Below are positions 1-8,562 of a stretch of 64,000 bases of DNA, in pieces. Each line of letters opens with the position of its first letter. The first letter of the stretch is position 1. This stretch comes from an uncultured bacterium (GTDB taxonomy: Bacteria > Bacillota > Clostridia > Lachnospirales > Lachnospiraceae): contig CAJMON010000004.1 of assembly GCA_905214955.1 (NCBI GenBank), positions 2,289 to 66,288 on the forward strand, in the 5' to 3' direction. The notes under the pieces are model-generated. The model had not been told where the DNA came from. It did not search any database and worked only from the letters and a program-made list of their open reading frames with translations. A program made the translations under genes and the position numbers.

Positions 1-610
1 TGATAAAGCCTTCAAACTCCGGCCAGAATTTCCGGATCTCCTGAGTCAGGTTCTCTAAGATCTCAATGCCTTTGGTGCCTCCAATGGTAAAGATGATAAT
101 ATTGCGCAGTTTTGCCTGATGCTGTCTGTAAAAATCTGTCACATAGCGCAGGCAGTGGATCAAAGTGGCGCCGCTGGCAATGATGTCTCCGATCATCAGG
201 GTGCTGTCCGGCACCATAGTCAGCTTGCTGTACTTAATTTCAAGCCCTGCAATCTCATCCTTGTCAAAGACCCGCTCGCTGGATAAAAAGCTAATGTCAT
301 GGACACGGATGTGCTCCCGGTAGCAGCTCTCCTCCAGAGGATAATTCAATGCGCCCCGAAGAATGGACAGAATATTGGCAGTCGTTACCTTTTTCTGCTC
401 CTTCAGGTAATACAGCATCTGGGAAGTAGAAGGGATCAGGCAGTTGTAAACCTCATATCCTACGATTTCCGGTGTGTTCAATAATTTTCTTGTTTCTGCT
501 TCTGATACCACATAGTATTCGTTTTGAAGATCCATCCCTGAAAGACGGTAGCAGGAAACGCCCTGCTCATCAAATTCTGGTACCAGTACAGCCTCATTCC
601 AGTTTTTCAT
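1..610 (-). CDS. Type I phosphoribosyltransferase-fold protein (UPRTase-like), 3' end outside the window; absent from the ORF track
   Basis: Hand translation from ATG at 610 is open to position 1 (MKNWNEAVLVPEF...). It contains ILSILRGAL and a PRPP-loop-like LMIGDIIASGATL. Confidence 0.6.
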   Translation of the reverse strand, partial: MKNWNEAVLVPEFDEQGVSCYRLSGMDLQNEYYVVSEAETRKLLNTPEIVGYEVYNCLIPSTSQMLYYLKEQKKVTTANILSILRGALNYPLEESCYREHIRVHDISFLSSERVFDKDEIAGLEIKYSKLTMVPDSTLMIGDIIASGATLIHCLRYVTDFYRQHQAKLRNIIIFTIGGTKGIEILENLTQEIRKFWPEFEGFI

Positions 611-652
611 TTCTTTTTTCCTTTTCGTTTCTACGTTATCAAGTAGTTTCTT

Positions 653-2497
653 CTATACTTCCGGCACTGGATCAATATACAGGTTTTCCAGAAGTTCTTC
701 TCTTGGTAAGAAGGGTGCCAGATCCTCCAGGGGCGGACTGACTAAGGTGCCGTCCGGCAGACGTTTGGTACTGCTTTTGGGCTCCCATACCTGGTTCGTA
801 TCTGTAAAGATTTCGCAGAAGACAAAGCCTGGCTCTGCCAGTGCCTTGGCCACTGCTGTTTTCATCTCTTCATTGCTGTGGGCTGCATAATAGGGGAATC
901 CAAAAGCCTTGGCAATCTTTTCATATTCCGGGAAGGATAAGTCGCCAGATTCCGGACCAATGCCCACCTTGGTATGTTCTTTGAACAGGTTGTTCTGGGT
1001 CAGCCGGATGGAGTGGTACCCCTGGTTGTTAATAAGAAACAGCTTGATGGGAAGGCGGTTGGTCACAATGGTCTGCAGCTCCTGAAGATTCATCATGATG
1101 GAACCGTCTCCTTCCAGACAGATGGTATCCCGTTTTTCTCCTGCCATGCACAGCCCGATGGCTGCCGGCAGGCCGTAGCCCATGCTGGCAATGGCACTGT
1201 TAATGATAAAGCGGGTGCCTTTTTTTATCACATAATTCTGATGTCCCACCACGCAGCAGGCACCATTGGAAACCGCTGTCAGGCTGTTTTCCGGAAGAGA
1301 TTCACTTAAATGGCGGATAAACGCAAATACATTGGCGCAGCCGCTTCGTTCTTCCCAGTGTCTTGGCAGGGTGGCCGGGTATTTCTGTTTCCAGTTCTGG
1401 CAGATCGTACGCCAGTCTTCCCCTGGAAATACCGGCTTGGCTTCTTTTTCCAGACACTCGTTCATGGTTTCCAGGAAATCCTTGGCATCTGCCCATACCG
1501 GCACTTCCACATGAATGGTGTGTTTTTTCATCTCTGCCCGGTCAATGTCCACCATAATCACTTTGGCTTCTCTTGCCCAGGTGGTAAAGCTGTATCCAGT
1601 TTGGCGGATGGAAATTCTTGTGCCAATAGCCAGAAGCAGGTCTGCATTCTGCACCGCAAAATTTCCAGGCCGGTCTCCCATATTTCCCCCTCTTCCCACA
1701 TAAAGAGGATGGGCATCTTCGATGACATCTACGCTGTTCCAGTAAGTCACCACCGGAACTCCCAGCTTATCCACCACCTGCCGGAACACCTCATAGCCTC
1801 CAGAGAGCCGGATGCCGCCTCCTGCGTAGATCACCGGCCGTTTGGCTTTCTGGATCATCTCCAGAATAGGCCGGATGGTACTTTCTTCCACTTTTGGAGG
1901 AAGTTTCGCATCATCCTCTGAGGGATCATATCCTTTCAGGTTCTCTGTCTCAATATACGATCCCTGGAAATTTACCGGAATGTCCAGCCATACAGGCCCT
2001 GGCCGCCCAGTCTTTGCCAGATGCCAGGCTTTCTCCAGGGCATACCGGATCTGGCCTGGATCTTCAATCATCACTGCATATTTGGTCATGGGCTCCACGG
2101 ATTTTACAATGTCGTATTCCTGGTCTCCCACGGCACGCAAGGGAAGTCCATCCGTAAACTTGCTGGCATACCTGGCCGTGGTGTCATAGCGCACCTGACC
2201 GGAAATCACAAACATGGGAATGGAATCCAGCCATCCTCCCACCACGCCGGTAATGGCATTGGTGCCCCCAGGACCTGTGGTCACACACAGCACCGCCGGT
2301 TTGTTTTCCAGACGGGCATAAGCTTCTGCCGCAATAGCACTGGCCTGCTCATGATGGTTGTAAGTCATATGAAGCCCTTCTTTGTGTCCCAGGGCATCAT
2401 TTAAGTGCATGGCACCTCCGCCTACCACGGTAAATCCGTCTGTCACACCGTGCTCTACCAGAAAATCCGCCACATAATCTGCCAGTCTCTGTTTCAT
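653..2497 (-). CDS. Thiamine-diphosphate-dependent acetolactate-synthase-like enzyme, YerE-like (branched-chain sugar synthesis) by context
   Basis: HHEQ catalytic Glu, TTGPGGTN, GRPGPVWLDIP, ThDP motif GDGS...NNQGY; directly follows the CDP-sugar genes; no ilvN regulatory subunit adjacent. Confidence 0.8.
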   Translation of the reverse strand: MKQRLADYVADFLVEHGVTDGFTVVGGGAMHLNDALGHKEGLHMTYNHHEQASAIAAEAYARLENKPAVLCVTTGPGGTNAITGVVGGWLDSIPMFVISGQVRYDTTARYASKFTDGLPLRAVGDQEYDIVKSVEPMTKYAVMIEDPGQIRYALEKAWHLAKTGRPGPVWLDIPVNFQGSYIETENLKGYDPSEDDAKLPPKVEESTIRPILEMIQKAKRPVIYAGGGIRLSGGYEVFRQVVDKLGVPVVTYWNSVDVIEDAHPLYVGRGGNMGDRPGNFAVQNADLLLAIGTRISIRQTGYSFTTWAREAKVIMVDIDRAEMKKHTIHVEVPVWADAKDFLETMNECLEKEAKPVFPGEDWRTICQNWKQKYPATLPRHWEERSGCANVFAFIRHLSESLPENSLTAVSNGACCVVGHQNYVIKKGTRFIINSAIASMGYGLPAAIGLCMAGEKRDTICLEGDGSIMMNLQELQTIVTNRLPIKLFLINNQGYHSIRLTQNNLFKEHTKVGIGPESGDLSFPEYEKIAKAFGFPYYAAHSNEEMKTAVAKALAEPGFVFCEIFTDTNQVWEPKSSTKRLPDGTLVSPPLEDLAPFLPREELLENLYIDPVPEV

Positions 2498-2527
2498 AGT
2501 CTCCCTCCATCTTCTTCTGTCATCTTT

Positions 2528-3595
2528 TTAGGAAATCTGCAGAAATTCCCGGATCTGTGCTTCTGTACAGGCGCTTACATCGCCCCCTGATAACCAGGTA
2601 TCTGACCACTCCACAATTTTTTTCATGGTGGTCTCCACATTCCAGCGGGGGCTCCACCCAAAGGTTCTCTTTAACCTGGAGCAGTCCAGCTTCAGGAAAT
2701 TCGCCTCATGTGGGCCGCCATCATGGATATTTTTCCACCCTGCGTCCTCTCCTGTCACCTGCTTCCAGGTTTTACAGAATAAATCTACCAGCTCTCCGGT
2801 AGTCCAGCAGTCACTGTCATCCGGCCCTACGTTGTAGTTTCCGGCAAGGGCTTTGTTCTCATACTGGGCTTTGGCCAGCATCAAATACACGGTCACTGGT
2901 TCCAGCACATGCTGGTAGGGCCTGGTGGAATAGGGATTCCGCACAATGATTTCCCGTTTCTCTTTCATAGCCCGGATGCAGTCCGGAATGATCCGGTCAT
3001 TGGCAAAATCTCCGCCGCCAATCACATTTCCCGCCCTGGCGGTGCTGATGGCCGTCTCCCGGTCCATAAAAAAAGAATTCTTATAGCTGTCTGTCACCAG
3101 TTCGGAGCAGGACTTGGAATTGGAATACGGGTCATAGCCGTTTAGTTCTTCATTTTCCCGGTATCCCCACTCCCACTCTCTGTTTTTGTATACTTTATCT
3201 GTGGTCACATTCACAAAGGACTTCACTGTGTCCGAAAGCCGCACACACTCCAGCACATTCACGGTGCCCATGACATTCACATCGTAGGTGTACACTGGAT
3301 TTTTGTAGGAATCCCGGACAATGGGCTGGGCTGCCATGTGAAGAACGATTTCCGGCTTGGCCTCCTCAAAAGCTGTTTTCAGTGCCTCCAGATCCCGGAC
3401 ATCCCCGTTGATGGAATGGATCTTTTCCGAAAGATGCAGCATATCAAACAGACTGGGATCGGTCGGCGGCTTCAGGGCATACCCTGTTACCTCAGCTCCT
3501 GCCATTGCCAGAAGTGCGCACATCCAGGAACCTTTGAATCCGGTGTGGCCGGTAATGAATACCTTTCTTCCTCTATAAAACTCCATATCGAACAT
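2528..3595 (-). CDS. rfbG: CDP-glucose 4,6-dehydratase
   Basis: ITGHTGFKGSW, HMAAQPIVRDSY, TTDKVY, DPYSNSK, RAGNVIGGGD, RPYQHVLEP, PHEANFLKLD. Confidence 0.95.
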   Translation of the reverse strand: MFDMEFYRGRKVFITGHTGFKGSWMCALLAMAGAEVTGYALKPPTDPSLFDMLHLSEKIHSINGDVRDLEALKTAFEEAKPEIVLHMAAQPIVRDSYKNPVYTYDVNVMGTVNVLECVRLSDTVKSFVNVTTDKVYKNREWEWGYRENEELNGYDPYSNSKSCSELVTDSYKNSFFMDRETAISTARAGNVIGGGDFANDRIIPDCIRAMKEKREIIVRNPYSTRPYQHVLEPVTVYLMLAKAQYENKALAGNYNVGPDDSDCWTTGELVDLFCKTWKQVTGEDAGWKNIHDGGPHEANFLKLDCSRLKRTFGWSPRWNVETTMKKIVEWSDTWLSGGDVSACTEAQIREFLQIS

Positions 3596-3608
3596 GGAAA
3601 ATCCTCCC

Positions 3609-4097
3609 TTATTTTGTGCGGAATGCCCACAATTTATTTAACAGAAAATTTAACGGAATAGTCACCAGAAGATTTAAGATGGGTGCCAGCATTTCGTGAA
3701 TTCCAAGAACGTCCACCCACAGCACCAGCAGAACATTCGCCAGCACCAGGCCTGTCCCTGCATAGGACAGAAAGGTCTTTATAAAAGCTTTCCATATGGA
3801 ACGGTGTTCCCCTTCCTTTGCAGAAAAGACGTACTTGTTGTTCCAGTAAAAGGCATTTGCCACGCTGACCAAAAATCCCAGCACACTGGCTGCCAGATAA
3901 TGCAGATGGGCTGCGATTCCCACTGCGTACACCACATAGGAAATCAGGGTGTTGGACAGTCCTACAATGCCAAACTGCACAAACTGTAGAAATCCATTCC
4001 ATTTTTCATCGGAAATGGGCAGATGGCAGATTTTCCGAAGTACCAGATCCATCAGCCACACCAGCCAGTTCCATATGTTTCCCAGTAATTTATCCAT
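3609..4097 (-). CDS. GtrA-family polyprenyl-phosphate-sugar flippase
   Basis: Small protein with about 4 hydrophobic segments; QFGIVG..NT, FYWNNKYVF, NFLLNKLWAF. Confidence 0.88.
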   Translation of the reverse strand: MDKLLGNIWNWLVWLMDLVLRKICHLPISDEKWNGFLQFVQFGIVGLSNTLISYVVYAVGIAAHLHYLAASVLGFLVSVANAFYWNNKYVFSAKEGEHRSIWKAFIKTFLSYAGTGLVLANVLLVLWVDVLGIHEMLAPILNLLVTIPLNFLLNKLWAFRTK

Positions 4098-5007
4098 GTT
4101 CTTTCACCCACATAATGGTCTTTTTGATTCCTTCTTCAAAGGAAACCTCCGGCGCAAATCCTGTGTCTTCCTTCAGTTTGGCAATATCTGCGCACAGATA
4201 CATCACCTGCCCCGGTGCGTAAGGAACTGCTCCCAGTGCCACCGAAAGCCTTGGGTCAATGGCATCCCGGATCATGCCGATATAGTCTGCCAGGGGTCTG
4301 GCTTTCCCGCTTCCTAAACAGTACACGCCTCCGTCATGGCCTTTTTCTCCAAGGAGAAGCAGGGCTTTCGCGGCATCTCCACTGTACAGGTAATCCCACT
4401 GCTGCTCTCCTTTTGTAAATGCCGGGGTCTCTCCTGCCAAAAGCCTGTGGATGGCACTCATCACCATAGAGCCTGCCCCGTCCCCCGGCCCGTAAATGCT
4501 TAAAATCCGGGTCCAGACGTGGCGCATCCCCGCCTGACGGCAGTACAGTCTGGTCATCTGCCCGGCACACAGCTTTGCCATGCCATAGCCATTTTCCGGA
4601 AATGCCGGAGTCTGGCTGTTTAAGTTTCCTTCCACCCGGCCATACTCCGCCTGGGAACCGGCTCCCACAAAGGCACTGCATCCGAAACGCTTTGCCAGGG
4701 CAGCCGCATCTAAAGCATACCGGATATTTTTTTCCTGTATTTCGCAGTCATTTCGCCCATCTCCTGTGGTTCCGCCCCAGGCAAAATGATAAAACACGTC
4801 ATAGGGCATTTCCCCTTCTGGAGGCTGGTATGTCTCATACTCTTCCATGTTCAGTTCCAGCACTTTTACCAGAGGATGATCTGGAATCTGCTGCCGTCTT
4901 TTGGAAGCTTTTCTGCAGATCACCAGCATTTCCACATTCTGCCGGATTCCCTCTGCGATCAGCGCCGTTCCCACCGCTCCTGTGGCTCCTGTTATCACAA
5001 TCCGCAT
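4090..5007 (-). CDS. Extended SDR, NAD(P)-dependent nucleotide-sugar reductase/epimerase
   Basis: ITGATGAVG Rossmann motif, GSQAEYG, YGMAK (YxxxK), WDYLY. Confidence 0.85.
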   Translation of the reverse strand: MRIVITGATGAVGTALIAEGIRQNVEMLVICRKASKRRQQIPDHPLVKVLELNMEEYETYQPPEGEMPYDVFYHFAWGGTTGDGRNDCEIQEKNIRYALDAAALAKRFGCSAFVGAGSQAEYGRVEGNLNSQTPAFPENGYGMAKLCAGQMTRLYCRQAGMRHVWTRILSIYGPGDGAGSMVMSAIHRLLAGETPAFTKGEQQWDYLYSGDAAKALLLLGEKGHDGGVYCLGSGKARPLADYIGMIRDAIDPRLSVALGAVPYAPGQVMYLCADIAKLKEDTGFAPEVSFEEGIKKTIMWVKEHG

Positions 5008-5013
5008 CGTTTC

Positions 5014-5973
5014 TTACGCCTTCTTTTTGTCTTCTGGTTTGTCAAAATTGATCCGCTCTTCTTCTACCACCAAAGGCCGGTTCATCACCCGCCGGTTGAT
5101 GCTGCTGATGTATTCTCCAATAAATCCAATGAAAAACAGCTGCAGGGATCCTAAGAAAAACATCCCAATGAGAATCGGGGCCATCCCGGCTGCAAACCGG
5201 TTCCAGAATAAAAGTTTCAAAATCAGATAGATCAGCCCGATGAGGGCACTGATGATTCCGCAGATCATTCCCAAAAAAGTGCAGGCGCGAAGTCCTACTT
5301 TTGTGTAGGAGGTAATGCTTAACATGGCTGCATCATACAGGGTAAAGAAGTTGTTGTTGGTCTTTCCGGCTCTCCGCTTTGGCTGCTCATAGGGGATTTC
5401 TTTTCTCTTATACCCAAGCTCTGCCACAATTCCCCGAAGGAAAGGTGTGGGATCTTTCAAATCCCGGAGCACCTGGACAAATTCTTTGTCATACAGGCCG
5501 GACCCGGTGAAATGCTCGATCTGCTCCACATCGGAAAACTTTTTGATTATCTTGTAATACAAGGTCCGCAGACCATACACCAGCTTATTTTCCTTGCTGC
5601 TGGTCTTGATGCCAATGACGATCTTATAGCCCTTTTCCCATTCTTCCAGGTACCTGGGAATCAGCTCAATGGGGTCCTGAAAATCGCACACCATGGAAAT
5701 CGTGCAGTCTCCGGTGGTCTGGAGAATGCCGTAATAGGGCGAATTAAACTGCCCGAAATTTTTCGCATTGAAAATCGCTTTGATGTGAGGATTTTTCTCA
5801 CAGATTTTCCGAAGCTTGGGTCTTGTGGTGTCCTTGGAATCGTTGTCAATGAACACCAGCTCATAATCATACTGAGTAAGCTGTGTGGTAAACAGATTGA
5901 CAATGGCTTCGCTCATGGGAATCACATTATCTTCTTCGTTGTAGCAGGGAATTAAAATGCTGACCTTTTTCAT
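5014..5973 (-). CDS. GT2 polyprenyl-phosphate glycosyltransferase (GtrB/DPM-like)
   Basis: IPCYNEE, IDNDSKD, KNFGQ, CDFQDP, two C-terminal TM segments, GFIGEYI...RPLVVEEE. Confidence 0.88.
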   Translation of the reverse strand: MKKVSILIPCYNEEDNVIPMSEAIVNLFTTQLTQYDYELVFIDNDSKDTTRPKLRKICEKNPHIKAIFNAKNFGQFNSPYYGILQTTGDCTISMVCDFQDPIELIPRYLEEWEKGYKIVIGIKTSSKENKLVYGLRTLYYKIIKKFSDVEQIEHFTGSGLYDKEFVQVLRDLKDPTPFLRGIVAELGYKRKEIPYEQPKRRAGKTNNNFFTLYDAAMLSITSYTKVGLRACTFLGMICGIISALIGLIYLILKLLFWNRFAAGMAPILIGMFFLGSLQLFFIGFIGEYISSINRRVMNRPLVVEEERINFDKPEDKKKA

Positions 5974-7316
5974 TTCTGATTTACCGCCTCTGCAATAATC
6001 TGTGCCATATAATCAATCATCTCATCCGTCATGCCTGGATACACCCCTACCCAGAAGGTATTGTTCATAATAAATTCGGTGTTTTCCAGTCCTCCTGCCA
6101 CCCGGTAGGCATCCGTTCCACGAATCTGGTCAAAGCAGGGATGTTTAATCAGGTTTCCGCTGAATAACAGGCGGGTCTGGACATTGTGCTCCTCAATATA
6201 GCGGGTCACTTCGTTTCGTTTTAAACCGCTTTCCGGACGGACGCTGATGAGGAATCCAAACCAGGAGGGACGGCTGCCCTCAGCCGGTTCCGGTAAAATG
6301 ACTTTATCCTGAATGCTCTCCAGTGCTTTGTGCAGTCTGTCCCAGTTGTGTCTGCGCCGCTCAATAAAGCCGGGGAATTTCTTCAGCTGCTCACAGCCGA
6401 TAGCCGCCTGCATATCGGTCACTTTCAGGTTGTAGCCAAAATGACTGTACACATATTTGTGGTCATACCCCTGGGGCAGCTCTCCATACTGGCCGTCAAA
6501 CCGGTGGCCGCAGAAATTGTCCCGTCCGGAAGGACATACACAGTCCCGTCCCCAGTCCCGGAAGGATAAAATCAGGCGGTGGAGTTTTCCGTTGTTGGTG
6601 TACACGCAGCCGCCTTCTCCCATAGTCATATGGTGGGGCGGATAAAAGCTGCTGGTTCCAATGTCTCCCCAGGTGCCGGTAAATTTGGTTTCCCCGTCAA
6701 TGGTATACTGGGTGCCCAGGGCATCGCAGTTGTCCTCCACCAGCCACAGGTTATGCTTGTCGCAGAAAGCTTTCACTGCGGAAAGGTTGAAAGGATTTCC
6801 AAGGGTGTGGGCAATCATCACGGCCTTGGTCTTTTCTGACAGGGCTTCCTCTAATTTGTTCACATCAATGTTGTACTGTGGCACGGTCACATCTACAAAT
6901 ACCGGCACGGCTCCATACTGAATAGCAGGAGTGACGGTGGTTGGAAATCCGCAGGCCACGGTGATGATCTCATCACCCGGACGGATCTGGCGCTCTCCCA
7001 ATTCCGGAGCAGTCAGGGTCATAAATGCAACCAGGTTTGCAGAAGAGCCGCTGTTTACCAGATGAGCGTACTTCACTCCGATCCATTTTGCAAATTCCCG
7101 TTCAAATTCTTCTGCAAACCGTCCGGTGGTGAGCCAGAAATCCAGTGTGGCATCTGTCAGCGCACACATTTCCTTTTCATCAAACACTCTGGCCGCATAG
7201 GTAATCCTCTCTCCTGCCTGATACGGTTCTTTTTTCTCCTTAAAATCATGGTAATACTCTGCCACCAGCGCTTTGATCTGCTCCCGCGCTTCCTCTTCAC
7301 TGTTCCACTTTCCCAT
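5970..7316 (-). CDS. rfbH: CDP-4-keto-6-deoxyglucose 3-dehydrase (E1, PMP/[2Fe-2S])
   Basis: NSGSSANL, EDNCDALG, SFYPPHHMTMGEGG (His in place of the PLP Lys), Cys cluster GRDCVCPSGRDNFC, YDHKYVYSHFGYN. Confidence 0.95.
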   Translation of the reverse strand: MGKWNSEEEAREQIKALVAEYYHDFKEKKEPYQAGERITYAARVFDEKEMCALTDATLDFWLTTGRFAEEFEREFAKWIGVKYAHLVNSGSSANLVAFMTLTAPELGERQIRPGDEIITVACGFPTTVTPAIQYGAVPVFVDVTVPQYNIDVNKLEEALSEKTKAVMIAHTLGNPFNLSAVKAFCDKHNLWLVEDNCDALGTQYTIDGETKFTGTWGDIGTSSFYPPHHMTMGEGGCVYTNNGKLHRLILSFRDWGRDCVCPSGRDNFCGHRFDGQYGELPQGYDHKYVYSHFGYNLKVTDMQAAIGCEQLKKFPGFIERRRHNWDRLHKALESIQDKVILPEPAEGSRPSWFGFLISVRPESGLKRNEVTRYIEEHNVQTRLLFSGNLIKHPCFDQIRGTDAYRVAGGLENTEFIMNNTFWVGVYPGMTDEMIDYMAQIIAEAVNQK

Positions 7317-7346
7317 TTTCTGCCTCCAGCTGTTTTTCTTCTTTTC

Positions 7347-8126
7347 TCAGTCTTTCCATTTTTTCCAGGGAGCCTGTCCCTTTGCCCACAGACTCTCCAG
7401 AACATCCTTTTCCCGCTTGGTATCCATGCACTGCCAGTACCCTCTGTGGGAATAGGACATCAGCTCTCCCTCTGCCGCCAGACGCTCCAGAGGTTCTTTT
7501 TCGAAGACGGTATCATCTCCGTCAATATAGTCAAAGATTTCCGGCCCCAGCACCATATACCCTGCATTGATGGGGGTACCGTCTGCCACATTTTTTTCCC
7601 GGAAGGAATGGACCGCATTGTCTCCGCCGATGTTTAAAATGCCTTTCTGCTGCTGCAGAAGAACCGATGTCAGGGTAGCGATCTTTCCATGGGACTGATG
7701 AAAGGCAAGCAGCTTGGTCATGTCTACATCGCAGACCCCGTCCCCGTAGGTCATCATAAAGGGCTCATTTCCAATATACGGCTGAATCCGCTTGATCCGC
7801 CCGCCGGTCATGGTATGCAGCCCGGTATCCACTACCGTCACCTTCCAGGGCTCGCTGTGCTGATTGTGTACAATCATCTTGTTCCCCTGGGTCAAATCAA
7901 AGGTAATATCCGATGTATACAGGAAATAATCCGCAAACCATTCCTTGATAATGTGCTGCTTATACCCTGCACAGATCACAAACTCATGAAATCCATAATA
8001 AGAATATTCCTTCATAATATGCCACAAAATCGGCATTCCGCCGATCTCCAGCATGGGCTTTGGACGGTACTCAGACTCCTCAGAAATCCGGGTGCCAAAC
8101 CCGCCTGCAAGAATCACTACTTTCAT
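7347..8126 (-). CDS. rfbF: Glucose-1-phosphate cytidylyltransferase
   Basis: ILAGGFGTRISEE, PKPM, PILWHIMK, TMTGGRIKR, TYGDGV, WQCMDT. Confidence 0.95.
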   Translation of the reverse strand: MKVVILAGGFGTRISEESEYRPKPMLEIGGMPILWHIMKEYSYYGFHEFVICAGYKQHIIKEWFADYFLYTSDITFDLTQGNKMIVHNQHSEPWKVTVVDTGLHTMTGGRIKRIQPYIGNEPFMMTYGDGVCDVDMTKLLAFHQSHGKIATLTSVLLQQQKGILNIGGDNAVHSFREKNVADGTPINAGYMVLGPEIFDYIDGDDTVFEKEPLERLAAEGELMSYSHRGYWQCMDTKREKDVLESLWAKGQAPWKKWKD

Positions 8127-8240
8127 ATTGGGTTCTCCTCTTTTTATCCTTTTGTTCCGCTAAAGTAAGGTTTTATCGTAAACACAAAATTTATCTGAAA
8201 AGCAGTGTGAACCGTTGAAAAATGATCCATCAACACTGGC

Positions 8241-8402
8241 TTACTTTTCATCGTTCCACCACTCCTTTAATTTTTCATAATCCTTCATCATCTGCCTGTT
8301 CATCCAGCGCAGATGCAGTATGCTGATTAGAAAACACATCATTCAGTTTCACATACTCCAGATCCTGTGGAATGTCTTTTTGTCTTTGAAAATGGTAATC
8401 AT
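8241..8402 (-). pseudogene. Frameshifted, internally deleted gene remnant (resembles DUF4869-type proteins, from recall)
   Basis: GGAGG RBS then ATG: MITIFKDKK; a frameshift in an A5 run restores DIPQDLEYVKLNDVFSNQHTASALDEQA; a further frame gives the tail MKDYEKLKEWWNDEK-stop. Confidence 0.55.
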
Positions 8403-8478
8403 AGAAACACCTCCAGACCGGCTTTCTGAAACTGCTCCTTTAAGCAGGATTTTTCCTCTGACTGCAGATAAAACGCAC

Positions 8479-8526
8479 TTGTGCCTTCTCCTGCTCCATT
8501 TTACTACAGATCATGAGAAGGCACAA
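8479..8526 (-). promoter_or_regulatory. Sigma-A-like promoter embedded in a 12-bp inverted repeat
   Basis: Minus strand TTGTGC (8526-8521), 17 bp, TAAAAT (8503-8498); arms TTGTGCCTTCTC 8479-8490 and GAGAAGGCACAA 8515-8526. Confidence 0.55.
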
Positions 8527-8562
8527 CAATATTTCTAACACATCTCGCTTTTCAAAATTGCT

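Noticed and set aside
653..2497. ilvB for branched-chain amino acid synthesis
   Set aside because: No ilvN/ilvC next to it, and it sits in a CDP-sugar operon.
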